DNA from: Octopus vulgaris
Taxonomy: Eukaryota
Direction: 5' to 3'
DNA length: 64,000 nt
Assembly (NCBI GenBank): GCA_951406725.2
Contig: OX597820.1
Span: 54,746,001-54,810,000 of the forward strand
Shown: piece after piece, positions 13,401-26,220 of the stretch
Layout: every line of letters starts with the position of its first letter
How positions within the stretch are numbered: position 1 is the stretch's first letter
The notes under the pieces: generated by a model
Database searches by the model: none
What the model was told of the DNA's origin: nothing
What the model saw: only the letters and a program-made list of their open reading frames with translations
Translations under genes and position numbers: made by a program

Positions 13401-16400
13401 TTAATTAAACCCTTGCAATATTCAGAAGTTTCTTCCCTACCCACATTTGATATATAGGTGTTCCAGGTGAATATACCATATCAATCTTACCTGTCTGGAA
13501 GTAGCTGCAGCAGTCATGGACACTACCATCTGAGTAACTTATGCTGATTGAAGAGTGAATGATAGAGAGGATGGTAGTTGAAAAGGAATAAAAGAGGAAA
13601 GTATGGAAAAAAGATGGCAAGAGAATTAATTAGGTGGGAATAAAGCAAGTATGAAAGGTTAGAAGTTGCCAAAGGTTGTGTGTGTGTGTAAATATTTGAG
13701 TCACTTAGTTTACTCAAATATTTACACTCAAGTTCAGCCTGAGTAGGATTGTGACGTTTAGACAGTCAAATATATTAGAGCAAGTTGAAATTACACCATC
13801 TAGAATATATCATATTTCTATCTGGTTTGAAATCACATTCTGTATAGGAATGAGAGATAAAAGATAAATAGGAAGCTACCAAAGCAGATGTGGACAAGGC
13901 TCCATATGTGATAGTCTCAATCCCAGAACTATTATTAGGGATGGTTGGCAACCTGCCTCCTGTGAAATGAACTGTCAATGGGCAACTTTTTATTGTATCA
14001 ACTGCAATGATATGGGTGCTTTCTTTAAGATTGTGTCAAGTTAACCTGTACATACTGTAATAATATCTTCATTCAGGATATACAGGTGCACTACATGATG
14101 CAGTGCTTCAAATGATTGCTTTGTAGACTGTCCTTTCCTCTTACACCCTATTTAGCCTTTTATCACCTTGTTATCACTGCTGTGATAACATTTTAATTAA
14201 GAACAAAACAAACATGCTTTAGGCTCTGTTTTTTAAACTTCATTTTTTTCTTCTTGTTCATGTTTTATCTGTTATGGACTTGTACTTCACTGAATTTAAA
14301 CCTGTCATCTTTATTTTTTAACCCTTTTGTTATTGTATTTCTGTTGAATTATACTGCCTTTATTTCAATTAATTCTAAAAAGAATGAAGAATTTAGTAAA
14401 CTAACTACGTCATTATTAAGCAGGTATTTGGAACATAAATTAACTTGAAATTTTAGTGGAAGGTTTTAACTTAACCACTTTAAAACAAAAAGTTTCTTTA
14501 GTAGACCCAGGAGAAATTTCAGACTGGTTGGTATTAACAGGGTTAATTTCGTTAAATATGATATCTATCTAAGTCTTGTTTTTACCTTCTCAATTTTAGG
14601 AATACCAATCTCAGAACGACAAATGAAAGAGACTACTGGTATTAAAGTCTTGAATGAAGAAGAACAAGAAGGAATGCGTTTAGCCTGCCGGGTGAGTTTA
14701 ACTCATCTAAGTAGCGTTCATTTATTTGTAAAGTTTTCCATAAAATTTTTGGCAGATATGAGTGTAGCTTATTGACTAATTAATATTCTTGGACCTGGTA
14801 GTTACTGACCCACTTAATAGTGCCTAAAACTAATGCGTTGAGTGAGTTTAATTAGTAGAGATTCTTACATACTATAGGTTATCGTAAAGGATAAGCTTGA
14901 GAATCCAATGGAACTAGTGATGTGCATCAATAACAATTAGTCAGTGGGCTAATTTGATAAGTGAATTTATTGTGAGTGGGGCATAGAATCTAACAGTTTA
15001 GGCCCTGCCCTTGAACTAAGAATGAGAAAAAGTGTTTTTTTTTTTCTTTCTTCGCTCTCAGATTCAGTACAAAACATTATCCTCTACATTCCTCACAAAA
15101 TATATATGTTATGGTCCCCTGTTGTAAAGAGTTTGGTTAGTGATGTAACAGTATTGATGAAAGATATGATGAAGAGAGGTGGCTATGATGCAAAGGATTA
15201 TGTATATATATATATATATATGAAGTTGAGGAATTGCAGTTTTTTATTTATTTATTTATTTATTCATTGCACAAGGAAAATTGGCCACACCTAGATCTTT
15301 TACATGCTCTGCAAGAAGGTTGAGACTTGTACTGAAAAAAGTGAACAAGTGTTATAGTTCTATGGGGCAAAGTATTCTGTGAGTGAAACCAGAGTTGGCT
15401 GTTGTTGTTTAGCCAAAGATCAGCCCTGATCCTGTAGATCAAAACTGTATCAGCCATGAACACTCACCAAATCTTTATTTTAGATGTAGTACATCTAGGA
15501 CTACATTATCTTATATATCCTTCTATTTCTGAACATAATACTGATGGTTTTTGGAGATTTGGTTGTTATTACTAGCAAGTTGGGCAACTACTTTACATGC
15601 TTCCTTGGATTCCAGATACTCCTTTATTGGCCCAGAATGACATGTACAGTAAATGTTGGTGTGCTTAGTGATTGGAAGTATGTTGGTGTGTGAAAAGTTA
15701 GTAATCAGCTAGATACTTGCGTATGATGCAATTTAAAATATTTGTGCATGTATGTGTCTGTAGCAGCTACTCTGTTCAGGATGGATGAGCAATATTTACG
15801 TGTCTTTTATTGAGTATCAGCAGTTGTTCAAAGAATTTTCTGATCCTAAAAAAAGAAATCTATCATTTGAGATGCAATTTATTTTATGTTATAAAGATTA
15901 TTGTTGCAGTGAATGAGCGTTGGAGATTGTCAAGTCTATCAGTTACCTTGAGTGGATTTCATAGGCAGAAACTGAAAGAAGCCTGTTGTATATATGTTTG
16001 CATGTCTGTGTTTGTCCCCCCAACATCGCTTGACAACCGATGGTGGTGTGTTTACGTCCCCGTCACTTAGCGGTTCAGCAAAAGAGACCGATAGAATAAG
16101 TACTAGGCTTCCAAAGAATAAGTCCTGGGGTCAATTTGCTCAACTAAAGGTGGTGCTCCAGCATGGCCGCAGTCAAATGACTGAAACAAGTAAAAGAGTA
16201 GAAGAGTAATCATGCATTTCAGTGAAGTGGTTAATTCAAATTAATGTAGGTAAATAAGCATTGTTTGACAGAGTAATCTGAACACCAAAGGGTTAAGCAG
16301 GAAGTTTGTATGATAAAACCAAGAGTAGTCTCAGGTGGGTTGGCATCAAGAGTTAAAGCTGTTACATTAAGTGATCATCTCTTTTTCTTTATGGTAGTAT

Positions 16401-19400
16401 TATTGTGTCACAATTGTGTTTCCTCGACATGTTTTGTGATTGCATTTTGGATATTCTTAATTAGTCTCTGTTGTCTTGTCTGTGTTGAAAGATTTTTTTT
16501 TTTTAATATGTGGTGTTTTTGGAAGTAGTGTTTAGTGTAGTTGTGTGGGCTTCCTGCACCTAGGCAATGACAAGATGGTCATGGTTGGAATGCTTTTGAA
16601 TGGAGGTCTGCTTCATCAGGTCTCAAGCTGGGGTTATAAATATCAACAACAACAGCAACTAGAATCAACATCTTTGAAACCTTTCTGGTTAACATCTTCT
16701 GTTCTAGCACTGATCTCTCTTTTTGTATCCAAAATGGAGGTATGACAATAGTTGAATATATTCCTTGCTTACAGTATGAAATGCTGGACTCATCTCGTCT
16801 TCTCCCTCACTCACTCCAACCCTCTTCATTTATCAGCTCGGTAGGGAGGTGTTGGATGTTGCTGCCAAGGCAATACAAGTTGGAGTCACTACAGATGAGA
16901 TAGATCGAATTGTGCATGAGGTAAGTTGGAATTTATTTACTCTGTATGTGTGTATATGCTTTTAAGTATGTGTGTGCATTTGTATATGTATATATGTTTG
17001 TACATGTATATTATGTATGCATAGGCGCGGGCATGGCTGTGTGGTAAGAAGCTTGCTTCCCAACCACATGGTTCTGGGTTCAGTCCCACTGCGTGGCACC
17101 TTGGCCAAGTGTCTTCTACTGTAAGGTGAAAACTGAAAGAAGCTCGCCGTTGTGTGTGTGTGTGTATGTATGTGTTTGTGTGTCTGTGTTTGTTCCCCGA
17201 CCATCACTTGACAACTGATGTTGGTGTGTTTACATTCCCGTAACCTTGCAGTTCAGCAAAAGGGAATGATAGAATAAGTACTAGGCTTACAAAAAATAAG
17301 TCCTGGGGTCGATTTGTTCGACTAAAGGCAGTACTCCAGCGTGGTCACAGTCAAATGACTGAAACAAGTAAAAGAATAAAAGAATGTAATTATTATAATA
17401 TGATGATAGTTTCACGTTTTTATCAAAGTGAAGGAAAATGATTTCTCTTATCAGATGTTGCTGTTGAGGTTTTTGAGTGCACAAGAGATATTGTAAAACA
17501 TTAGAAAAAGAAAAGTAGTGAACTTTTATTCAAGCATATTGGCTAGCCATACAATCAGTCAGTAAGAAATACTGATGGGATTTTAAAGGGTTGACCACAA
17601 GGATGATAATGACATTTTAAATGTATTAATAGACTGTAAAAGGTCAAAAGAGGAGGAGGAAAATCGATTGTTTTATCTGGTATTCCTGTTGAGGCTTTAA
17701 GAGAAGCAATACATTATAAGTCATTTATATGCTATTAAAAAGAGAGGCAGTGTACTACTGGTCAAACAGCTGATTGGTTGACTATGTAATCAACTGTTAA
17801 GAAGTATGGATTGGGTAATAAGTTGATAATATGCTAACTTGAGCATTTCATTGTTTCTCGCTACACGGTCAATTTGAGATAGGTATGACTGATTAAATTG
17901 CCATCAGTACATTTTATCAAATCCTTAAAGAGATTAAAACAAAATATATCTGATGGAGATCTGAATACAGACTGTGTAGAAAGGAGGAGGCGGATGATGA
18001 TGATCATCATCGTCATCATCAAGTCAGGGAGCTGGCAGAATTGTCAGCACGCCGGGCGAAATGCTTAGTGGTATTTCATCTGCTGCTACGTTCTGAGTTT
18101 ATATTCCGTGGAGGTGAGCTTTGCCTGGGGGGGGGGTCGATAAATTAAGTACCAGTTGCATACTGAGGTTGATCTAATCAAGTGACACCACCTCCTCCAA
18201 AATTTCAGGCCTTGTGCCTATAGTAGAAAGGATTATTATTATTAAGGCGGCGAGCTGGCAGAATTGTTAGCACACTGGATGAAATGCTTAACAGTATTTT
18301 GCCCGTCACTCTGTTCTGAGTTCAACTTCTGCCATGGCCGACTTTTCCTTTTATCCTTTCGGGGTCGATAAAACAAGCACCAGTTGTATACTGGAGTCGA
18401 TGGAATCAACTCATCCCCTCCTCCAAAATGGCTGCCCTTGTGGAAAAATTTGAAACCATTATTATTATTGACATTGGCTCTGTTGATTAAATTGACTGGT
18501 AACCATAGTAACATAATCAGGATTTTAATATAAAAGGGTATTGGTTACCTAAATACCATAAAGCATTTTGTCCAATACTTCGCCAATTCTGTTATCCAGT
18601 ACTCTTATAATGATTTCTAACATAGACACAGAATCCCAAATTTGAAGGAGGGAACAGTTGAATACAGGAGCCACTATAATCAACTACTATAGGCACAGGC
18701 CAGCAAGTTCAGGGGAGCAGATAAGACGATTACATCAACCCCAAAATGATGAAAGGCAAAGTCAACCTTGGTGGAATTTGAATTCTGGATGTAAAGACAA
18801 TGCTTAGCAGCATTTTGTCCAGTGTGCTACTGATTCTGTCCGTTCACTGTTTTAATACTACTAATAATTATTATTATAATTAAACTAAGAAAGACCTGTA
18901 ATACGCTAACTTCAATGCAGTCAGCTACATGATCCACACTTTGACAATGTGTGGGGAATGTTAGTGATGTATAAATATAGTAACTTTACAAATTATTGGC
19001 TTTTACCTTTGTAAAAGTTTTTGAAACTGTGATTAATAATTGAGTATCTACATTCAGAATACCAATTTAAATGGTTTGTTTCTGTTTTTACAGGCTTGTA
19101 TAGACCGTGATTGTTATCCATCTCCTCTTAATTATTATGAATTTCCCAAATCTTGTTGTACGTAAGTACATTATTGTTGTTGCTTTTTTTTTCTTATAGT
19201 ATTGATTTCTAACATAAGCATAAGATCATAAATTGTTGTGTATGTATATGATTGATTATTATATCAATCCAATACTTGATGGGTACTTATTTTATAGGCC
19301 CCTGGGAAAGTGAAAGGTAAGAATGGGATTTGAATGCAGAATGTAAAGGAAACTGGATGAAATGCTTCACATTATTCATCAGTGTTTCAAATTAAGATCT

Positions 19401-20712
19401 TGCTGAAAACAACTTTGCTTTTCAACCTGTTTAAAGCACAGAAAATAAATATCAAGAACATGCTGGGTGTTATTTCAGTTGACTTTACCTCTGATCTCAA
19501 AGTGTGTACTTTGTGCCAATTTAGAAAGTAATGGGTTTTTATTCCTGTTGACACTACAATGGTCAAAGAGTTGATGTATCCTAGACATGGTTATTGAGAG
19601 TTGAAAAAATTTTTTTCAAGCAACATTTTGAGAGCTGTAAAGTTATAGATGAGCTAATAATCTCCAGATCATCTGTGCTGCTAATGTTGTTGGTACAAGA
19701 ATGTACATCACACACCATCTTTCTCGTTTATACCCTTCTGTCTCGATTGCAAAAAGCTACTTTTGTTTTGTAGAAATGGAGAAATAGGAGAGTGCTAGAC
19801 CTAATTCCTTTTATTATTCAGTTTTATCCCTCTACTTTCTAAGTTCAAATTGGAAAAGTGTTAAACTTTACCGTCTCTGCTGATGTCTTGTAGTGACTTC
19901 ACTTATACAACATTTCCAATACCACTTTTAAAGTCTAAGATTCTTCTTTAGTGCTAGGAAATACTTCAGACCTGATCAGTTGCTGACCTTTTATAAAGCT
20001 CAAAATATGCCCCACATTGAAGTACTGCTTAAATTTGTGGAGCAATGCTGTTGCTGTACACTAACTCCAATATAGCATCTATAGCATGTTTGGTTGATAC
20101 GAAGAAAGGCTATGCAGTTCTATCCTGCTGATAATACCATTTTTGTATACAGTTGTAGCTCCACACAGCCTAGACATCTTACATCAGACATGCAATACTT
20201 TTGTAACAGGGATTTTAAAGGCATTTTCTGCCAATCAGCAGCAAAAAGACACAGGGACTGCTTCCGCTTTGCTCAGGAACAACACACAATTAAAATTCAC
20301 GATTTTTATCAATGATTAACAGCCTCGTAATTTCTAACAACCTATCATGGTAGCTACACAAAAAGTGCTCAGAATGACCTCATAGAATAGTTGTGTGCAG
20401 AATTTTAAAAAAATATACTTAAACTACATATGAGCACAGGTGCAACCCTCATTAGAATACTGTTCACAAAAATCTGGGATTGCATCCCCAAAGCCACCTC
20501 TAGTACTTCTATGGCTTTTGTTAAACACACTAATAACTTTACTCTGTCCATTCTCCCCAAAACTGCAACCTTCTGGAATTGACAGCTCATCCTTACCACT
20601 TGCTAATGTGTCCCTTAAGTAAATATTTTTTAAAAAATGCATAAATTTCTTTTTTTCAAACTGCTTGCTAGACTTGATCATAGCAACATGTGAAAACCAA
20701 CAGTTCAATGAT

Positions 20713-20751
<39 letters not shown>

Positions 20752-23700
20752 GAGAAATTAATAGTAGAGAAACTTGAAATATATTTTACTTTTAATGTAT
20801 CTGCTCTTCATTTCACTCAGTCAAACTTTCACTCTATTAACAATTGAACTTTGTTCTTGTGTAGGTCTGTTAATGAAGTCATCTGCCATGGCATCCCTGA
20901 TATGAGACCACTTCAAGATGGAGATATTTTGAACAGTAAGTAGTTTGATTCAACTGTGTGTGTGTGCATTGTGATTTTGAAGTTCAAGTGGGAATCAATT
21001 TTATCTTTCATTCTTCCGTGTTTGATACTATGTCTATCCCAGTTTTAGAGTAGGTATGTTGCATCCCTGCCTATCATAAGAGGCAACTAAAAGAGTTGAC
21101 AACAAGAAGAACATCTCACTGCAAAACACTAATCTCAAGAAAACCATCAAACCCATACCAGTATGAAAAAGTGAACATAAAAATACTGCTGCTGCTGCTG
21201 TTAATGGTCCTCCTCTTCTTTTCGTGGTTGATAAAATAAGTGCTAGTTAAGTACTGGAGTTAGGATCTACTACATCCACACCAAATTGGTGGCTTAGATA
21301 TTATTATTGATTATAAACAATTGTAAGCAAAATATAGTTATAATAATTACTATTATAATTTAGAGTATGACAGCAAACTGGCAGAATCATTAGATTATTG
21401 AATAAAATGCTTAGCACCATTTCTGCTGGTTCATTAATTTCTGAGTTTAATTTCCACCGAAGTCAACTTTGCCTTTCAATCTTTCAGAGTCAATAAAATA
21501 AGTACCAGTTGAGCAGTGGCATCAATGTAATTGACCAGAGCAAGTTACAAGCTTCTGTTTTAACATCTACTTTACATGCTTGGGGCAGGATTCAGTTGGC
21601 CAACTCAGAGCTTTATTTGAAGACACATGCCCAAAGTGCTGCAGTGGGACTAAACCCGAAACCATGTGGTTGTGGATTGAACTTCTTAACCACACAGCCA
21701 TATCTATGTATATAAAACATTGGTATAACTACATAACAAAATGTACATGTTTAACATTAATGCCACCAATACTGCACATTACAGGGGAATTATTTATCTT
21801 TTCTAGTCGATGTAACAGTGTATCATAAAGGTTATCATGGAGACCTGAATGAAACGTTTTTTGTTGGCCAGGTTAGTGAAGCCAGCAAAGAACTGGTAAA
21901 AACTACCTATAAGTGCCTGGAATTAGCTATTAATGAAGGTATGTTGATTTTTGTCTTTCCAAAACACCACCATCGCATTTTTTACTTCAGTTTTTCTATT
22001 TATTCATCTATCAAATTTTCAATTGCTATCAATTACTAATATGTATCTTTGTTTTTCTCTTTGCATATCATACATTATGTATGTTTCTTGCCTGTTCTAT
22101 AAATCTTCCTGCTATATTGTATTTATCTATCTATTTGTTCAAGTAACTACCAGTATATTTGTTCATCTACCTACCTTTATGTACCAATCTATCTGTTCTA
22201 CTGTATGTTTATCCTATTAGTTCAAGAGTCTATCTATCTGCTACCACCTATCTACCTGCATTTCTTGTTTCTCCTCTACTTTTGCTCTGCTACTGTATTA
22301 ATTACTCTCATTCTGTTTGTCCACTCTAGTGCGACCTAATGTCCGTTACCGTGAAATAGGTAACATCATCCAACAAAACGCTCAGGCTCATGGATTTTCT
22401 GTGGTTCGTGGTTATTGTGGACATGGCATTCACCAGTAAGTTTTTGATAATGTGGCATTTCTGAATAGAAGAAACGTTGAGGTTGTGGTAATGAGTGAGG
22501 GTGGTGGGGATTTTTGAAGGTGAGATAATAGTGTGCTGATGTGAAGGTTGTTACAATGGCATGATGGTGTTGAGACTGCCAGGTTAACCTGAGTGGTGGT
22601 GGTGTTGAAGTACACATTGTCACTGTTATGGTTTTGTACAGTTGTGAGGATAATGTAGAGGAACCGTGGTGGTGATGCTACAGTGTTCTTTTGTTGATGA
22701 TGATGATGTGGTGTTGATGTTTGTGTTAAGGCTTATACCAACCATCCTAGTATGCAAAACTTTAAAGTAAAAGAAAGATGTCAAAGATAATACTTTTGTT
22801 TTCCTTCTTTAGGTTGTTCCATACTTCACCAAGTGTACCTCACTATGCTAGTAAGTATTCTAAGATTTTGTCATTAATCTGTTAAAATTAAACAACAGAA
22901 GCAAAAAGATGTTATCTTTTCTACACTCTCTATTCTGTCTGTTATAATGTTATGCATACACACATATTCAGGGACATATATAGAAATATGCAGCTGTATT
23001 GTCTGTCTCTCTCTGTACACAAATGCACATTCTACAACAGGATTGTTGAAGACATTTAGCTAACTTATTAAGAAACAACTACTGAAAATGAGAAATTTCT
23101 AATTTCTAAAAGTATTAGCTTTATAATTTAACTAAATGTTTCTAACAACCATGTTGAGAAATTTTTGTGTGTTTATTCCTGTAAATATATACATACTGAG
23201 AAACAAACTGATAACACTTGTCATATTCTTAAGAAAATATTTGTGTGTGCATATGCATGTGTTATTATATAGAGAAATACAAAGCAGAAGAGAGAGAGAA
23301 TGCCTGGACAGACAAAAAGAATGGAGAATCATATTTCTTTCTTTCAATGTTGTAATAAGCTACTTCTTTTAAAAGATCAATTTATCTACCTGTTTTATTA
23401 CCTCAAACTCTCATCTAATACACAAGTAACCCACATACTCTACAAGCATTGTCCACTTCAGTTTCCACCATTCAATCATTTCAGAAAAATTAGCTGAATG
23501 ATGATTTTCTTAGTCTTTTTCTATATCTTTCAACTGCTTCATAAACTTAATTCACTCTTTAGAGACAATACATCATAAGATGGCAATGGACTGTATTAAA
23601 AGATGATAAACATTTTCTATATTTTGATCTTTTAAATGTTTGTTTTATTTCAATATTGTTTTATCATCTTTTATTTCAGTTCTAGCATATATATACTTAT

Positions 23701-24643
23701 GTTTTCAATAAAGCAAATATAGCTTATTCCAGGTATAGTAAAACTGGTCATGCACTGGTTAATTTTGAAAATAACGAAAAATATTTTACAATATTTTTCA
23801 TTATTATTAAACCAATAATATGAAATTTTTAATTTAGATCACAGGAAGTCTGTAAAGATGATCTCTGGCAGACTGGTATCAGAAGCAATATTTACTTCTC
23901 TCTCTTTTTTTTTTTTTTTTATAGAAAACAAAGCTATAGGTGTGATGAAGCCTGGCCACTGTTTCACCATTGAACCCATGATTTCTGAAGGTAAGTGGAT
24001 TTAGAAGTACTTTCAATGGGATTTCACTATGGCCCTTCCAACCTTATGTGATATTCTCTCTGGTCCTAATTTCAACTCTGAAAATTATTGCAAGCATTAC
24101 AATATTGACCAGACCATCAAATGTTGTCATATACCGCTGGTCACAATATGCTTTGCATTGACTTAACTTTTAGAAGAATAGTGTTGACAGTGACTTTGAA
24201 GTTTCAATTTGCTTAGCCGTCATCAGACTGTAGTATATTTGAGTTCATCTTGGTAAATTTACTTTCCCTGGGGTTGGAGCTTTGTTGGATGATAATTAGG
24301 TTGGAGGGTAAACTCTTGAGTTTTTTTTCTTTGAGAACATTCATCTATAACATAGCCAGGATTCCATCATAGTAAACACTTGGGTTTTCTGTTAAAGCCT
24401 AGAAAAAAGTAAAACATATATATGTATTTGAGATTATTTTTCTTTCCCTTTAATTTTTCCTTTTCATCTCATTAAGGAACATGGAGGGATGAAACTTGGC
24501 CTGATGGTTGGACTGCTGTCACACTTGATGGTAAAAGGTCAGCTCAGTTTGAACATACGCTTCTTGTCACTGAGACTGGCTGTGAAGTGTTGACTAAACG
24601 ACTAACAAATGATGGACAGCCGCATTTTTTCGACCAGTTGTAG
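10349..24643 (+). CDS. METAP1: Methionine aminopeptidase 1, exons 2-13 (5' exon not in window)
   Basis: join(10349-10400,10528-10607,11807-11867,14600-14691,16837-16920,19094-19161,20865-20935,21807-21938,22330-22435,22813-22850,23925-23990,24477-24643) gives one open frame with GT-AG introns. Motifs [44 protein letters not shown] and SAQFEHT show all five metal ligands. Confidence 0.97.
10528..10607 (+). CDS. METAP1: METAP1 exon 3 ([27 protein letters not shown])
   Basis: ctttcag acceptor, gtaaac donor; PW..Y.FTG.LRP motif. Confidence 0.92.
11807..11867 (+). CDS. METAP1: METAP1 exon 4 ([20 protein letters not shown])
   Basis: tttcag acceptor, gtttgt donor; RPDYA motif; 61 bp. Confidence 0.92.
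14600..14691 (+). CDS. METAP1: METAP1 exon 5 ([31 protein letters not shown])
   Basis: ttttag acceptor, gtgagt donor; EGMRL.CR motif. Confidence 0.94.
16837..16920 (+). CDS. METAP1: METAP1 exon 6 ([28 protein letters not shown])
   Basis: tatcag acceptor, gtaagt donor; GVTT.EID motif. Confidence 0.95.
17024..17385 (+). mobile_element. tRNA-headed SINE (GGCTGTGTGGTAAG family) with internal TG microsatellite
   Basis: A/B-box head (GGTTCAGTCCC), conserved body and GTAAAAGA tail. Paralogues at about 15948-16208, 25321-25530, 39805-40085 (-), 45068-45448, 55108-55558 and 56618-57056 (-). Confidence 0.8.
18023..18470 (+). mobile_element. Two tandem SINE copies (GAGCTGGCAGAA family)
   Basis: Two consecutive head-to-tail copies, each ending in an (ATT)n tail. 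Confidence 0.75.
19094..19161 (+). CDS. METAP1: METAP1 exon 7 ([23 protein letters not shown])
   Basis: tacag acceptor, gtaagt donor. Confidence 0.95.
20865..20935 (+). CDS. METAP1: METAP1 exon 8 ([23 protein letters not shown])
   Basis: gtgtag acceptor, gtaagt donor. Confidence 0.95.
21807..21938 (+). CDS. METAP1: METAP1 exon 9 ([21 protein letters not shown]...AINE)
   Basis: ttctag acceptor, gtatgt donor; overlaps ORF 21818-22039; contains two Asp metal ligands. Confidence 0.96.
22330..22435 (+). CDS. METAP1: METAP1 exon 10 ([35 protein letters not shown])
   Basis: ctctag acceptor, gtaagt donor; His ligand. Confidence 0.96.
22813..22850 (+). CDS. METAP1: METAP1 exon 11 ([13 protein letters not shown]), 38-bp exon
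   Basis: ctttag acceptor, gtaagt donor; phases match both neighbours. Confidence 0.94.
23925..23990 (+). CDS. METAP1: METAP1 exon 12 ([22 protein letters not shown])
   Basis: poly-T followed by atag acceptor, gtaagt donor; TIEPM ligand. Confidence 0.96.
24027..24307. repeat. 281-bp direct repeat, copy A (last METAP1 intron)
   Basis: Ungapped match to 27269-27549 with 5 mismatches counted by eye. Confidence 0.93.
24187..24231 (-). ncRNA. Minimal type-I hammerhead ribozyme motif (copy A)
   Basis: Minus strand: ACAGT-CTGATGA-CGGCTAAGCAAATT-GAAA-CTTCAAAG-TC-ACTGT. Perfect 5-bp stem I, canonical core, near-palindromic stem III and a GUC cleavage triplet; stem II is weak. Confidence 0.65.
24477..24643 (+). 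CDS. METAP1: METAP1 terminal exon 13 ([55 protein letters not shown])
   Basis: Polypyrimidine tract plus AAG acceptor; TAG stop at 24641-24643. Confidence 0.96.
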
Positions 24644-24787
24644 CAGGAGTGTTGTTGGACAAGCAGAGAAATTCAAAGATTTTTTTTTTCCTCCACTTCT
24701 GTTCCTTCTTTTCTGCTTCATTAGAGACTATTACTACTACTACTATTACTATTAACAATAATAATAATAATACAAAGGAGGAAGATG

Positions 24788-24793
24788 AATAAA
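24788..24793 (+). promoter_or_regulatory. Candidate METAP1 polyadenylation signal
   Basis: AATAAA 145 nt after the stop, followed by a T/GT-rich tract (caggtttttttttattgtttt). Confidence 0.5.
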
Positions 24794-25684
24794 GTACTGT
24801 AAAAATTAATCAGGTTTTTTTTTATTGTTTTATATATATTATCCCTGTTTTAATCTTTTTTTAATGAATCTGTACCATCCGAATGTGGTTGATGCCAGTG
24901 CCTCCTGTGTCAGTGGCATGTAAAAAGCACTATCTGAATGTGGTCAGTGCCAGGGCTGCCTGACTGGCTCCTGTGCTGGTGGCATGTAAAAAAGCACCCA
25001 CTACACTCTCGGAGTGGTTGGTGTTAGGAAGGGCATCCAGCTGTAGAAACCTTGCCAGATCAAATTGGAGCCTGGTGCAGCCGCTGGTCAAACCGTCTAA
25101 CCCATGCCAGCCTGGAAAGCGGACGTTAAACAATGATGTATATTGTTGAAGCAGTTTCTAAGTCATCATCGTTTAATACCCACTTTTCCATGCTTGCATG
25201 TGTCACAGAATTTGTTGTGGCAGATTTTCTATGGTTGGATGCCAACCCTCAACTGTTTCCAAGCAAGGTAATATTTCCCTCATGGCTATGCATGTTTTTC
25301 ACAGAAGATCAGCAAACAACGTGTGGTAAGTAGCTTGCTTACCAACCACATGGTTCCGGGTTCAGTCCCACTGAGTGGCACCTTGGGCAAGTGTCTTCTA
25401 CTATAGCCTCGGGCCGACCAAAACCTTGTGAGTGGATTTGGTAGACGGAAACTGAAAGAAGCCCATCGTATACATGTATATATAATGTATATGTGTGTTT
25501 GTGTGTCTCTGTTTACGTCCCTGTAACTTGTAATGTCAACAGCAATATATTGTCACTGATTTACAACAAACAAAGGAGCTAGTTGTAAAATCTCATGAAG
25601 AGATCAGAATAGTAACTCTACTAACAAGTAAAGTCAATCACCACATCATAGTGGCTGTTCCATTTTGACCCCAGGAAGATCTTT

Positions 25685-26220
25685 GGATCTTTTCCTTTTG
25701 AACGGCACATGTCAACACAATACCCTTCCCCAACCCCTAACTCTAACCCTAAATCTAAAATAGATTGATACTAGGGTTATAATTATGGGTGATATTTTCA
25801 TTTGACACCGCTAGAAAAAAATCCTATTTTCCATAGCGGTGTCGTATGAAATTGTCACCCATAATTATAACCCTAGTATCGATCTATTGCATTTCAATCT
25901 ATTTTAGATTTAGGGTTAGGGGTGGGGGAAGGGTATCTTTTTTTTCTTCGCAAATGTAAATAAACCCAATCTGTTTCTTAAACGAGAGACATATTCATAC
26001 AGCACGGAATGTTTTCACCCCAAATGGAGGTCAGTGATTGGTTTAAATTGCCGAAATGCTTGAAATTAAAGTGGAAATATCTTACAAACTATAGAATTTT
26101 CTCAATAAAGCCAAGAAAAAAATGATGTTTTATAAACACATTCTACCAGTATACAAAGTTTAAAAGTATTTAGTTAACTAGAAATTGTGTTGACATGTGC
26201 CGTTCAAAAGGAAAAGATCC
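25685..26220. mobile_element. MITE with 37-bp perfect TIRs and 8-bp TSD (Merlin-like)
   Basis: TIR GGATCTTTTCCTTTTGAACGGCACATGTCAACACAAT at 25685-25721 and its reverse complement at 26184-26220; TSD AGATCTTT at 25677-25684 and 26221-26228; no coding capacity. Confidence 0.9.

Noticed and set aside
24641-24724. Stop-codon readthrough of METAP1 (TAG followed by C and a short open frame)
   Set aside because: The context CAGGAG does not match the CARYYA or CUAG readthrough motifs, the extension is low complexity, and the protein already ends at the usual position.
25735-25925. Interstitial telomere or chromosome fusion site
   Set aside because: Only a few TTAGGG-like units, all internal to a TIR/TSD-bounded MITE.
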